A stretch of DNA of 49,477 nucleotides. It comes from Actinomycetota bacterium (lineage in GTDB: Bacteria > Actinomycetota > Actinomycetes > Nanopelagicales > Nanopelagicaceae). The position numbers and the translations under genes were made by a program. Positions 32,136-39,323 of this stretch are shown here, in pieces. The stretch spans positions 1 through 49,477 of the forward strand of contig JBEAMT010000092.1 of assembly GCA_041165825.1 (NCBI GenBank), given 5' to 3'. The notes beneath the pieces were generated by a model. The model was not told the DNA's origin. It made no database searches and saw nothing but the letters and a program-made list of their open reading frames with translations. Every line of letters starts with the position of its first letter. Position 1 is the first letter of the stretch.

Positions 32136-33092
32136 TTACGCCGCCACTCTCTCGATCGCGCGCAGACGAACCGAAGCCGAGCGCGGATTCTGCGCTAACT
32201 CTTGGTCTGAAGGCGTCTCGCCAGATTTTGAAACAAGTACAAACTTGGCGGCAAACTCAGGAAGTTCGACTGGAAGATCTCTTGGAGTCTTTGATGTAGA
32301 TAGTTCAACAAAAATCTCTTTAACAATACGATCTTCGAGAGACTGGAATGAGAGAACTACTACTCGTCCGCCTACCATCAATAAATCAAGTGCAATCGGA
32401 AGTGCGCGACTAATTGCACCCAGTTCGTCATTGGCTTCTATTCGAAGTGCCTGGAAGGTGCGCTTTGCCGGGTTGCCACCTGTGCGACGAGTAGCCGCCG
32501 GGATGCTTTCTTTAATCAATGCTGCAAGTTCCTGGGTCGAATTCAAAGGTGCCTTAGCGCGTGCTTTCACAATGTTTTCAACGATGCGAGTTGCAAACTT
32601 TTCTTCTCCATAAGTACGTAAGATCTTTACGAGTGCACCCGGTGCATATGTATTAACGATCTCTGACGCGGTAATTCCGCGTGTCCGATCCATCCTCATA
32701 TCAAGTGGTGCCTCTTGCGAATAAGAAAATCCACGATCAACTTCATCTAACTGAATTGATGAAACTCCAAGATCAAATAAAACGCCGTTTACTTTCTCAT
32801 ACCCATGCGCAGCAACGACTTCACCGATTCGGTCGAATATGGCGTGATTTGCTTTGAAACGATCCCCGAATCGAGCAAGTCGTGCCGATGCGCGTTCGAG
32901 GGCAATAGGATCGCGGTCTATACCGATAACAGTAAGTGTTGGAAATTTTTCAAGAAGAGCTTCAGTGTGACCACCCAAACCAAGTGTGCAATCAACAATT
33001 ACGGGAGATGAATTTAGAGAAACGGTTGAGGAGAGTAATTCAATACAACGATCAAGCATTACTGAAATATGTTGCGTACTTGCATCGTTCAT
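32136..33092 (-). CDS. rsmH: 16S rRNA m4C1402 methyltransferase RsmH (MraW)
   Basis: HISV, DCTLGLGGH, DLGVSS.QLD, PLDMRM, RTFQALRI, SLEDR, NPRS. Start chosen at ATG 33092 with a GGGGAG SD. Confidence 0.95.
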   Translation of the reverse strand: MNDASTQHISVMLDRCIELLSSTVSLNSSPVIVDCTLGLGGHTEALLEKFPTLTVIGIDRDPIALERASARLARFGDRFKANHAIFDRIGEVVAAHGYEKVNGVLFDLGVSSIQLDEVDRGFSYSQEAPLDMRMDRTRGITASEIVNTYAPGALVKILRTYGEEKFATRIVENIVKARAKAPLNSTQELAALIKESIPAATRRTGGNPAKRTFQALRIEANDELGAISRALPIALDLLMVGGRVVVLSFQSLEDRIVKEIFVELSTSKTPRDLPVELPEFAAKFVLVSKSGETPSDQELAQNPRSASVRLRAIERVAA

Positions 33093-33109
33093 ACACTCCC
33101 CCATTCCTT

Positions 33110-33142
33110 CTGATTTTCTTCTGGTTTTCTTCTGGTTTTCTT
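33110..33142. repeat. 11-bp tandem repeat x3 in the rsmH leader
   Basis: CTGATTTTCTT CTGGTTTTCTT CTGGTTTTCTT (AAGAAAACCAG on the mRNA). Confidence 0.8.
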
Positions 33143-33149
33143 TTTTCAT

Positions 33150-33250
33150 CTCTCATCTCTGGTCACCGCCGGCCGACGGATCTAACGAAAGCGACACCGG
33201 GGAAGGGGTGTCGCTGCCGGCTTTAGGTCGGCGGTGGCCACAGATGAGAG
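33150..33250 (-). ncRNA. mraW RNA motif-like hairpin (5' of rsmH/mraW)
   Basis: 25-nt outer arms (22/25 Watson-Crick) and an inner 9-bp stem AGCGACACC/GGUGUCGCU with loop CCUUCCCC on the mRNA. Position and loop fit the actinobacterial mraW motif. Confidence 0.8.
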
Positions 33251-33298
33251 CGCTATTTAATTTTTTACTTGCTACTTATTAAGTTGTTTTAATTTTTC

Positions 33299-33730
33299 TC
33301 AGAAGAGACCCGGAAAAATCTCCTCTGAAACCTCGGCGAAGCCCTTTTCACGATCTGTTAAATAAGAGTTCCAAGCTGCGTTATCCCAAATTTCAACGCG
33401 AGTGTTTGCACCAATAACAACGCAATCTTTTTCAAGGCCTGCATATGTGCGAAGTCCTGCAGGAATAGTTACTCGACCTTGACGATCAGGAATTTCATCG
33501 TGTGCACCGGCAAACATCACGCGCATGTAATCGCGCGCATTCTTTGATGTAACTGGTGCCTGGCGCAGGGTTTCAGTGATCGTTGCAAATTCAGCGGATG
33601 GAAAAACGTAGAGACATCGTTCTTGTCCTTTTGTAATAACCAAGCCTGCAGAGAGTTCTTCACGGAATTTTGCGGGAAGTATTAGCCGGCCCTTTTCATC
33701 AAGGCGTGGCTCGTGGGTACCGAGAAACAT
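33299..33730 (-). CDS. mraZ: Transcriptional regulator MraZ
   Basis: [29 protein letters not shown] at 33730. Confidence 0.96.
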   Translation of the reverse strand: MFLGTHEPRLDEKGRLILPAKFREELSAGLVITKGQERCLYVFPSAEFATITETLRQAPVTSKNARDYMRVMFAGAHDEIPDRQGRVTIPAGLRTYAGLEKDCVVIGANTRVEIWDNAAWNSYLTDREKGFAEVSEEIFPGLF

Positions 33731-33772
33731 TTTCGCGAACCCCCTTCCCCGAGGACTCTTGTAAGCGGGAAA

Positions 33773-33830
33773 CCCCACTTAATCCCCCACTTTACTCCAC
33801 TTTCCTCCTTTTTCAACCACCCTTCGCCAC
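33773..33830 (-). promoter_or_regulatory. MraZ-binding direct repeats (GTGG boxes, ~10-bp period)
   Basis: CCAC on + at 33775, 33787, 33797, 33817 and 33827, with a degenerate copy at 33807. Confidence 0.8.
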
Positions 33831-33851
33831 CTTTCCCCTACGGCCTCCCCC

Positions 33852-33893
33852 GTCCACCCCACCGTCCACCCCCCCGTCCACTCAACTGTCCAC
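33852..33893 (-). repeat. Four GTGGAC hexamers at an exact 12-bp period
   Basis: GTCCAC on + at 33852, 33864, 33876 and 33888. Confidence 0.85.
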
Positions 33894-33915
33894 CTCAGAT
33901 TTATGCCAGGAATGG

Positions 33916-33942
33916 AAAAAGCCCCCGCATAAGCGAGGGCTT
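33916..33942 (-). terminator. Intrinsic terminator after the DUF3040 gene
   Basis: mRNA AAGCCCUCGC-UUAU-GCGGGGGCUU-UUU. Confidence 0.75.
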
Positions 33943-33965
33943 AGATTGAACAGGTTTAGTGGCAG

Positions 33966-34337
33966 TTAGCCGTTATTGCGTTGATCCCAACGATCCTCAA
34001 AGCCTTGGGTAAAGCCCTTTCCAAAGCCCTTACCGCGCGGGCGCTTGGCAAAAGAAGCCTGGCGAGCGCTGTTTGAAGCAGCAGCCGAGATCGCCTTGGC
34101 CAAGATAATTACGCCGACAAGGGCGAAGATAAAGCCGATTACGCCCACGAGAGTTACTTGTGCGATCAGCCCGCCAAAGAGTGTGGCTATTCCAATTATC
34201 AGAGCGACTACCCCGATAGCTGCGGCCGGTCCACGACGGCGAGCACCGGAAAGCGTTGAAACAAGAGCTGGGTCATCAGCTGAGAGCGCCTGCTCCATCT
34301 CTGCTAGCAAGCGTAATTCGCGATCGGAAAGTGCCAT
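33966..34337 (-). CDS. DUF3040 family membrane protein
   Basis: MALSDRELRLLAEMEQAL..DDP, two TMs, C-terminal EDRWDQR; usual neighbour of mraZ. TATTGT six nt before the ATG. Confidence 0.88.
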   Translation of the reverse strand: MALSDRELRLLAEMEQALSADDPALVSTLSGARRRGPAAAIGVVALIIGIATLFGGLIAQVTLVGVIGFIFALVGVIILAKAISAAASNSARQASFAKRPRGKGFGKGFTQGFEDRWDQRNNG

Positions 34338-34401
34338 ATACACACAATAGAACAACTTTTATTTAGGTGCTAGTCGGTCTACCGAGTAGCCATAGGAATT
34401 G

Positions 34402-35598
34402 CTAGTCGGTCTCTTCCTCATCTGCTTCAGCCTTAATAAGGCGCCCCGGACGTACGCTGCCCCGCCCAAAGCGCGCTTTTGCACGATCAATCGCCCCCTC
34501 GGCATCGCGCCAACCCTTCTCGCGCGCACCAAGCACTAATTGTTCTGGTGAGTCCTCCTGCAAATTCTCCAACGCAACTCCAACTAAGCGAAGTCGAGCG
34601 CGATCGATCTTTAACGCTAAGTAAAGAGATTTAACAACTTCATAAACCTCGTGGGTGCTATCGATAGCAAGTGGCAAAGTCTTGGAGCGATTAATCGTTG
34701 AGAAATCTGCAAAGCGCACCTTGATCGAAATTGTCTTTGCAAATAAACCTTTCTCACGAAGTCGGGCAGTTGCTTTCTCGGTCATACGTAGAAACTCTTG
34801 CAAGATCTCAGTTGGATTATCTAGATCGCTTGAGAAAGTTTCTGCTGCCGATATTGATTTATCTGGTTCTTCTGGAGTCACATCCCGGTAATCGCGCCCC
34901 CAGGCAAGTTCATAAAGTGAAGCACCGGCTGAATCACCGAGCGCGCGAATCAGAGTATTGCGCGGAGTATTCGCGATATCGGCGACGGTATGAAGTCCGA
35001 GTCGCTCTAGTTGTTCTGCAGTCTTTGGCCCGACTCCCCAGATTGCACCAACAGGTAGTGGGTGCAAGAAAGTTAATATGCGATCGCTGGTTATCTCGAG
35101 CATTCCATTTGGTTTGCAATGTTGCGATGCCAACTTGGCAATGAATTTAGATGGCGCAATACCAACTGAGCAGGTGATTCCTTCTTCTCTCTCAACTCTG
35201 GCACGAATCTCTGTTGCGATCTCGCGGCCTGTACCCAGTAATTTGCGCGCACCTGTTACATCTAAGAAAGCTTCATCTAGAGATATTGGCTCGACTAGCG
35301 GAGTAAATGATTCAAAGATCTTCATTACCCGTTCAGAGATTTCTGAGTAGCGATGATGATCAGGTGCGATAAATATGGCGTTAGGTGCCATACGTTGTGC
35401 GCGAGCAACAGGCATTGCGGCGCGGATACCGAATTTACGCGCCGCATAGTTTGCCGATAGAACAACGCCACGCGCTCCTGCTCCGACAACAACTGCTTTG
35501 CCGCGAAGCTCTGGATGATCGAGTTCGGCAACGGATGCATAGAAGGCATCCATATCGACATGCAGGATCGTGGACTCTTGCTCTTTCTCTTGGCTCAT
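34402..35598 (-). CDS. dinB: DNA polymerase IV (Y family)
   Basis: HVDMDAFYASV, YAARKFG, SLDEAFLD, KLAS, KP.G, QLVL clamp-like motif. ATG at 35598 overlaps the dnaE2 stop (ATGA). Confidence 0.95.
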   Translation of the reverse strand: MSQEKEQESTILHVDMDAFYASVAELDHPELRGKAVVVGAGARGVVLSANYAARKFGIRAAMPVARAQRMAPNAIFIAPDHHRYSEISERVMKIFESFTPLVEPISLDEAFLDVTGARKLLGTGREIATEIRARVEREEGITCSVGIAPSKFIAKLASQHCKPNGMLEITSDRILTFLHPLPVGAIWGVGPKTAEQLERLGLHTVADIANTPRNTLIRALGDSAGASLYELAWGRDYRDVTPEEPDKSISAAETFSSDLDNPTEILQEFLRMTEKATARLREKGLFAKTISIKVRFADFSTINRSKTLPLAIDSTHEVYEVVKSLYLALKIDRARLRLVGVALENLQEDSPEQLVLGAREKGWRDAEGAIDRAKARFGRGSVRPGRLIKAEADEEETD

Positions 35599-38500
35599 AT
35601 CGCTCTCTCGATTAATTTGCGCGACCACTTTTCATAAGCCTGGCGCAAATCCCAGGCGCCGCTAGCGTTGATAGATATCCCACGTTCGCCAGTGCGCCTA
35701 GTTTTGCCACGGACTAACAATAAGGATGTTGAGTAGAGAGTGGAAGCAAAACCCTCTTGTGCATCAGAGAAGAATGTTGAATCGGTGCAGCCATAACCGT
35801 CATCGAGAGTTAAGAAGATAACGCGCCGCCCAGAACGCACTGGTGGGGTCTGCATCGCAACCTTTACACCTGCAACCAGAACTTCAGATTGTGAACGAAG
35901 TGTTAGTAGATCTGATGATTTAACTGCGCCGATGGCATTTAGAAACGGGGCATAGAACTCGAGCATATGGTGGGTGATATCCATTCCTAAACGTTCTACC
36001 TCGTTGCGCACTTTTTCGGAAGCGCCCATCGCAGGTAAACCACTGGTGGCAAGTGCGGGTGGGGCAAAGCCAAAGACCATCTGCGATCCAGAAACATTCG
36101 AGGCAGGTGAGCGAGTTAGATCAGATAAATGCAGAAGTAGATCGCGATGATTTAAGGCGCCATTACTAAGCGAGTGCACCCGATCGAAAGCGCCGGTCAT
36201 GATTAAGGTTTCGATAATTGGATGTGAGGCCCCTGATCTGCGATAGAAATCTGCAAGATCGATATAGGGGCGACCTGCGATTATCGAAGTGATCTCCCCT
36301 TCGCTAATTCCGCCAACTGTAGAAAGTGCGATACGTACGCTGTAAGCACCATCGCTACTTTTTTCAACTGTATAACTTTCATTAGAGAAATTGATATCAA
36401 GCGGTGCGAGCCCAACTCCTAACTGGCGAGCTTCATCAACCATTAAACGCTTTGGGTACATGCCAGGGTCGTGGGTAAGAACTCCAGCGATAAATGCTGC
36501 TGGGTAATGGGTCTTTAGATAAGCAGATTGATAAGTAGGGAGTGCAAATGCTGCGGCGTGCGCTTTGCAGAAACCAAAAGATGCAAAGGCGCGCAAGACA
36601 TCCCAGATCTCGGTAATAGTTGTTAACTCGTAACCACGCGCTGTGGCGGCAGGAAAGAACCAATCGCAGACTTCTTGTTGGCCTTCCTTGCTGCCTAAAG
36701 CGCGCCGTTTTTCATCGGCAGCAGCTAGAGATATGCCAGTCATAGTGGCGATAATCGAGATCACTTGTTCGTGAAATACAACCACGCCTTCGGTTTCTGC
36801 CAAGATCTCATAGAGATCAGGGTGAATTATCTGCGCCGATGTAAAGCCATGGCGCGCGCTTAAGAAGGGGCGGATCATGTCGCTCTTAACCGGGCCGGGG
36901 CGAAAGAGTGAGATATCGATAACGAGATCGTTAAAAGTTTTGGGAGTTAACTTTCCGACTAGCTCGCGTTGGCCTGGGCTTTCAACTTGAAAGATACCTA
37001 AGGTGCGCGTTGATTGGATTAACTCATAAGTTGGCGCATCATCTAGCGGCACAGCATCAATATCAACTTCTGTCTCATCAACTCGTTTTATCTCAGCAAC
37101 TGCGTGAGCAATAGTTGATTGCATTCGCACGCCAAGGATGTCTAGTTTTAGTAAACCAATTTCTTCAACGTCATCTTTATCGAATTCCACCATCGGATAA
37201 CCGCCGGCGTTGAACTGCACTGGTGCGCGATCGAGCAGACCCGCATCAGATAGAACAACAGCGCAGGGATGCATCGCTAAATGGCGCGGCAGACCATCAA
37301 GGCGCTGGGCAAGTGAGATCGCCATCGCGGTAAGGGGAGCCGATAAATTAAGTGAGCGAAGTTCGGGAAGTGATTTAAGAGTCGCTTCAATATTTCGGGC
37401 GCGTACATGTGGCAGAGATTTTGCAATTAGATCGATCTCCATCGGAGCAATACCTAGTGCTGAACCAGCATCGCGAATGGCATTTCGCGCCCGATAAGTG
37501 TCGACCATCGCAACGGTTGCACATCGCGAGAGCGCGCCAGGTGCGCGCCAATCAGTGTCGCCATAGCGTTTAAAGACCAGGTCGTAAATTTCTAAGCGGC
37601 GTGCGGATTCAACATCGATATCTATATCGGGCAAGGCGCGACGTAGCGGAGAGCAGAAACGTTCCATTAATAAACCGTGGCGCATCGGATCAACGCCAGA
37701 GATGCCGAGTAAGTGGCAGATCAGTGAACCTGCACCGCTGCCCCGCGCTGCAACACGGATATTGCGTTCGCGCGCCATATCAGTTATGTCGGCAACGGTT
37801 AAGAAATATGACTCGTAACCAAGGGTTGCAACAGTTGCTAGCTCATCATCTAAACGAACGCGGGCTTTAGCGATCATGGAAGAGTCGTTGTAGCGCCAAT
37901 TGATTCCGGATTCGCAACGCGTGCGCAATAAAGCGCGCATTGAGTTAGCGGAATCAGCTCCAACAATATGAGCTTCAGGTAAGTGGATCGCACCTAAACC
38001 AAGATCGCGTTGCGGTGATAACAGCGCGCGTTCGGCCCATTTGCGAGTGGTATTTAAAAGCAAACGTGGTGTTCGTTCTCCTGCAGCAAGTGCAATTTCG
38101 GCAGCAAGTTCTGACATTTGGCTATTGGACTTTAAATATCCTTCAGCGTTACGTCGCTCGAGGTGGCGTTGATGCAGTGGAACTAATTGGCGCGCACAAT
38201 CAAGGATGTCGGCAACTGGTCCATCGGCAGCATCTCGCATTCGCACTGCATTTGTAATGACGGCATCGATATCGTGATCGCGCGCAAAGATAAGTGAACG
38301 GGCAGCATGTGCGGTTGAGAAAGGGCCTTTGCCGGCGACTAAATGTGAAACGCAATCAATGGCTTGATCGCCAAAGAAGGGGCGTGTTTTATTAAAGATT
38401 TCGTAGGCGATATCGCTGCGGTGTAATACGAGTGCTTGGCTTAAAGGTGATTCGGGTCCGTGCAGTACATGTAACTGCGTTGAATATTGGCTAAAGCGTT

Positions 38501-38873
38501 GCAGGAGATCGAGAGTGATAATCGGTTTGCGATCTACTGCGTTCATGGATAGCCCAGTCATAAAGCGAACAAGTGCGCGCCATCCCCCATCGCCATGTGC
38601 CAGAACTGTTACGCGCGGTAAATCTTTGGCACTTGTATTTTTATTATTGGAATCGTTCAGTAAATCAATAGCGAGATTGACTCCGATGATCGGTGCGATT
38701 CCGTATTGCAGGCAGGCGCGAGCAAAGCGAATCGAGCCAGATAAACCGTCGCGATCAGTGAGTGCGAGCGCCGGTGATTCAAATTCGGCGGCGCGCTGCA
38801 CCAGATCTTGGGGCTGCGTTGTTCCGTATTTAAGTGAGAAGGCACTTGATGTACGTAGATGGATAAAACTCAT
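35595..38873 (-). CDS. dnaE2: Second DnaE-family polymerase (error-prone DnaE2-like, Streptomyces type)
   Basis: Degenerate PHP, RGSGAGS, LPDIDID, KLDILG, FQVESP, GFCKAHA, TPPVRSGRRVIF. No SRDF tail. Confidence 0.88.
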   Translation of the reverse strand: MSFIHLRTSSAFSLKYGTTQPQDLVQRAAEFESPALALTDRDGLSGSIRFARACLQYGIAPIIGVNLAIDLLNDSNNKNTSAKDLPRVTVLAHGDGGWRALVRFMTGLSMNAVDRKPIITLDLLQRFSQYSTQLHVLHGPESPLSQALVLHRSDIAYEIFNKTRPFFGDQAIDCVSHLVAGKGPFSTAHAARSLIFARDHDIDAVITNAVRMRDAADGPVADILDCARQLVPLHQRHLERRNAEGYLKSNSQMSELAAEIALAAGERTPRLLLNTTRKWAERALLSPQRDLGLGAIHLPEAHIVGADSANSMRALLRTRCESGINWRYNDSSMIAKARVRLDDELATVATLGYESYFLTVADITDMARERNIRVAARGSGAGSLICHLLGISGVDPMRHGLLMERFCSPLRRALPDIDIDVESARRLEIYDLVFKRYGDTDWRAPGALSRCATVAMVDTYRARNAIRDAGSALGIAPMEIDLIAKSLPHVRARNIEATLKSLPELRSLNLSAPLTAMAISLAQRLDGLPRHLAMHPCAVVLSDAGLLDRAPVQFNAGGYPMVEFDKDDVEEIGLLKLDILGVRMQSTIAHAVAEIKRVDETEVDIDAVPLDDAPTYELIQSTRTLGIFQVESPGQRELVGKLTPKTFNDLVIDISLFRPGPVKSDMIRPFLSARHGFTSAQIIHPDLYEILAETEGVVVFHEQVISIIATMTGISLAAADEKRRALGSKEGQQEVCDWFFPAATARGYELTTITEIWDVLRAFASFGFCKAHAAAFALPTYQSAYLKTHYPAAFIAGVLTHDPGMYPKRLMVDEARQLGVGLAPLDINFSNESYTVEKSSDGAYSVRIALSTVGGISEGEITSIIAGRPYIDLADFYRRSGASHPIIETLIMTGAFDRVHSLSNGALNHRDLLLHLSDLTRSPASNVSGSQMVFGFAPPALATSGLPAMGASEKVRNEVERLGMDITHHMLEFYAPFLNAIGAVKSSDLLTLRSQSEVLVAGVKVAMQTPPVRSGRRVIFLTLDDGYGCTDSTFFSDAQEGFASTLYSTSLLLVRGKTRRTGERGISINASGAWDLRQAYEKWSRKLIERAI

Positions 38874-38880
38874 ACTTAAC

Positions 38881-39162
38881 TCATACCTGTTTAACGATCC
38901 ACGAACCTGTTATCTCATCGCGTTCTAGCTGAAATGTATTTAGGGCTCCAATTGGTGCAGCTTCGACTGTCCATAGAGCGCGAGCGCCATCGTCTGGGCG
39001 ATAGATGCCATCGCTAACGCGGTTCCACCAACCACCTGCTTCACACCAACGCGATAGAACTGCATGGATGCGAAAGCGCTTGCCGCGAAAGGTAAATTCG
39101 ATGGGCGTTGCCGCTCCATCGGATATGACTTCATGGGCTGGGGTTACTTCTGGGACTGACAT
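38881..39162 (-). CDS. DUF6504-like small protein
   Basis: P..FTFRG.RFRI..V..RW...GGWW...W.V...W pattern; first gene of the SOS-box operon, 7 bp from dnaE2. Confidence 0.75.
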   Translation of the reverse strand: MSVPEVTPAHEVISDGAATPIEFTFRGKRFRIHAVLSRWCEAGGWWNRVSDGIYRPDDGARALWTVEAAPIGALNTFQLERDEITGSWIVKQV

Positions 39163-39203
39163 TTTTAAGACCTAAAGCCTTTCTTGCTGGGATCTGTGGA
39201 TAA

Positions 39204-39221
39204 TTCGAACATGTGTTCGAA
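39204..39221. promoter_or_regulatory. LexA (SOS) box
   Basis: T-TCGAAC-ATGT-GTTCGA-A, a perfect actinobacterial TCGAAC-N4-GTTCGA. Confidence 0.92.
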
Positions 39222-39249
39222 AACTAGCCCAAGGCTCTGACAGGGTCAA
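39221..39249 (-). promoter_or_regulatory. Promoter of the DUF6504-dnaE2-dinB operon (sigma70 -35/-10 with an embedded RecA-NDp motif)
   Basis: Minus strand TTGACC-N17-TAGTTT, containing TGTCAG-N10-TAGTTT. Confidence 0.75.
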
Positions 39250-39260
39250 GATAGGAGGGA

Positions 39261-39300
39261 GTTCACCCTCCCGTAACGGCGTGGCAACGAAATTGGCCAC
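39261..39300 (+). promoter_or_regulatory. Putative OmpR-family (PhoP/GlnR-like) direct repeats
   Basis: GTTCAC-N6-GTAAC-N6-GCAAC (11-bp period) upstream of the nucleotidase. Confidence 0.4.
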
Positions 39301-39323
39301 CAATACCTAGCAATATCCGCCCT

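Noticed and set aside
33150-33250. Hairpin with GGAA considered as SRP RNA, a terminator or a MITE
   Set aside because: It lacks the SRP CAGG...GGAA...AGCAG internal loop and any target duplication; position and loop fit the mraW motif better.
33773-33893. Periodic repeats considered as a CRISPR array or DnaA boxes
   Set aside because: Units are 4-6 bp with no spacers or cas genes, and they do not match TTATCCACA.
33670-33969. Pro-rich + strand ORFs (PPSTPPST)
   Set aside because: By-products of the C-rich MraZ-box and GTCCAC arrays.
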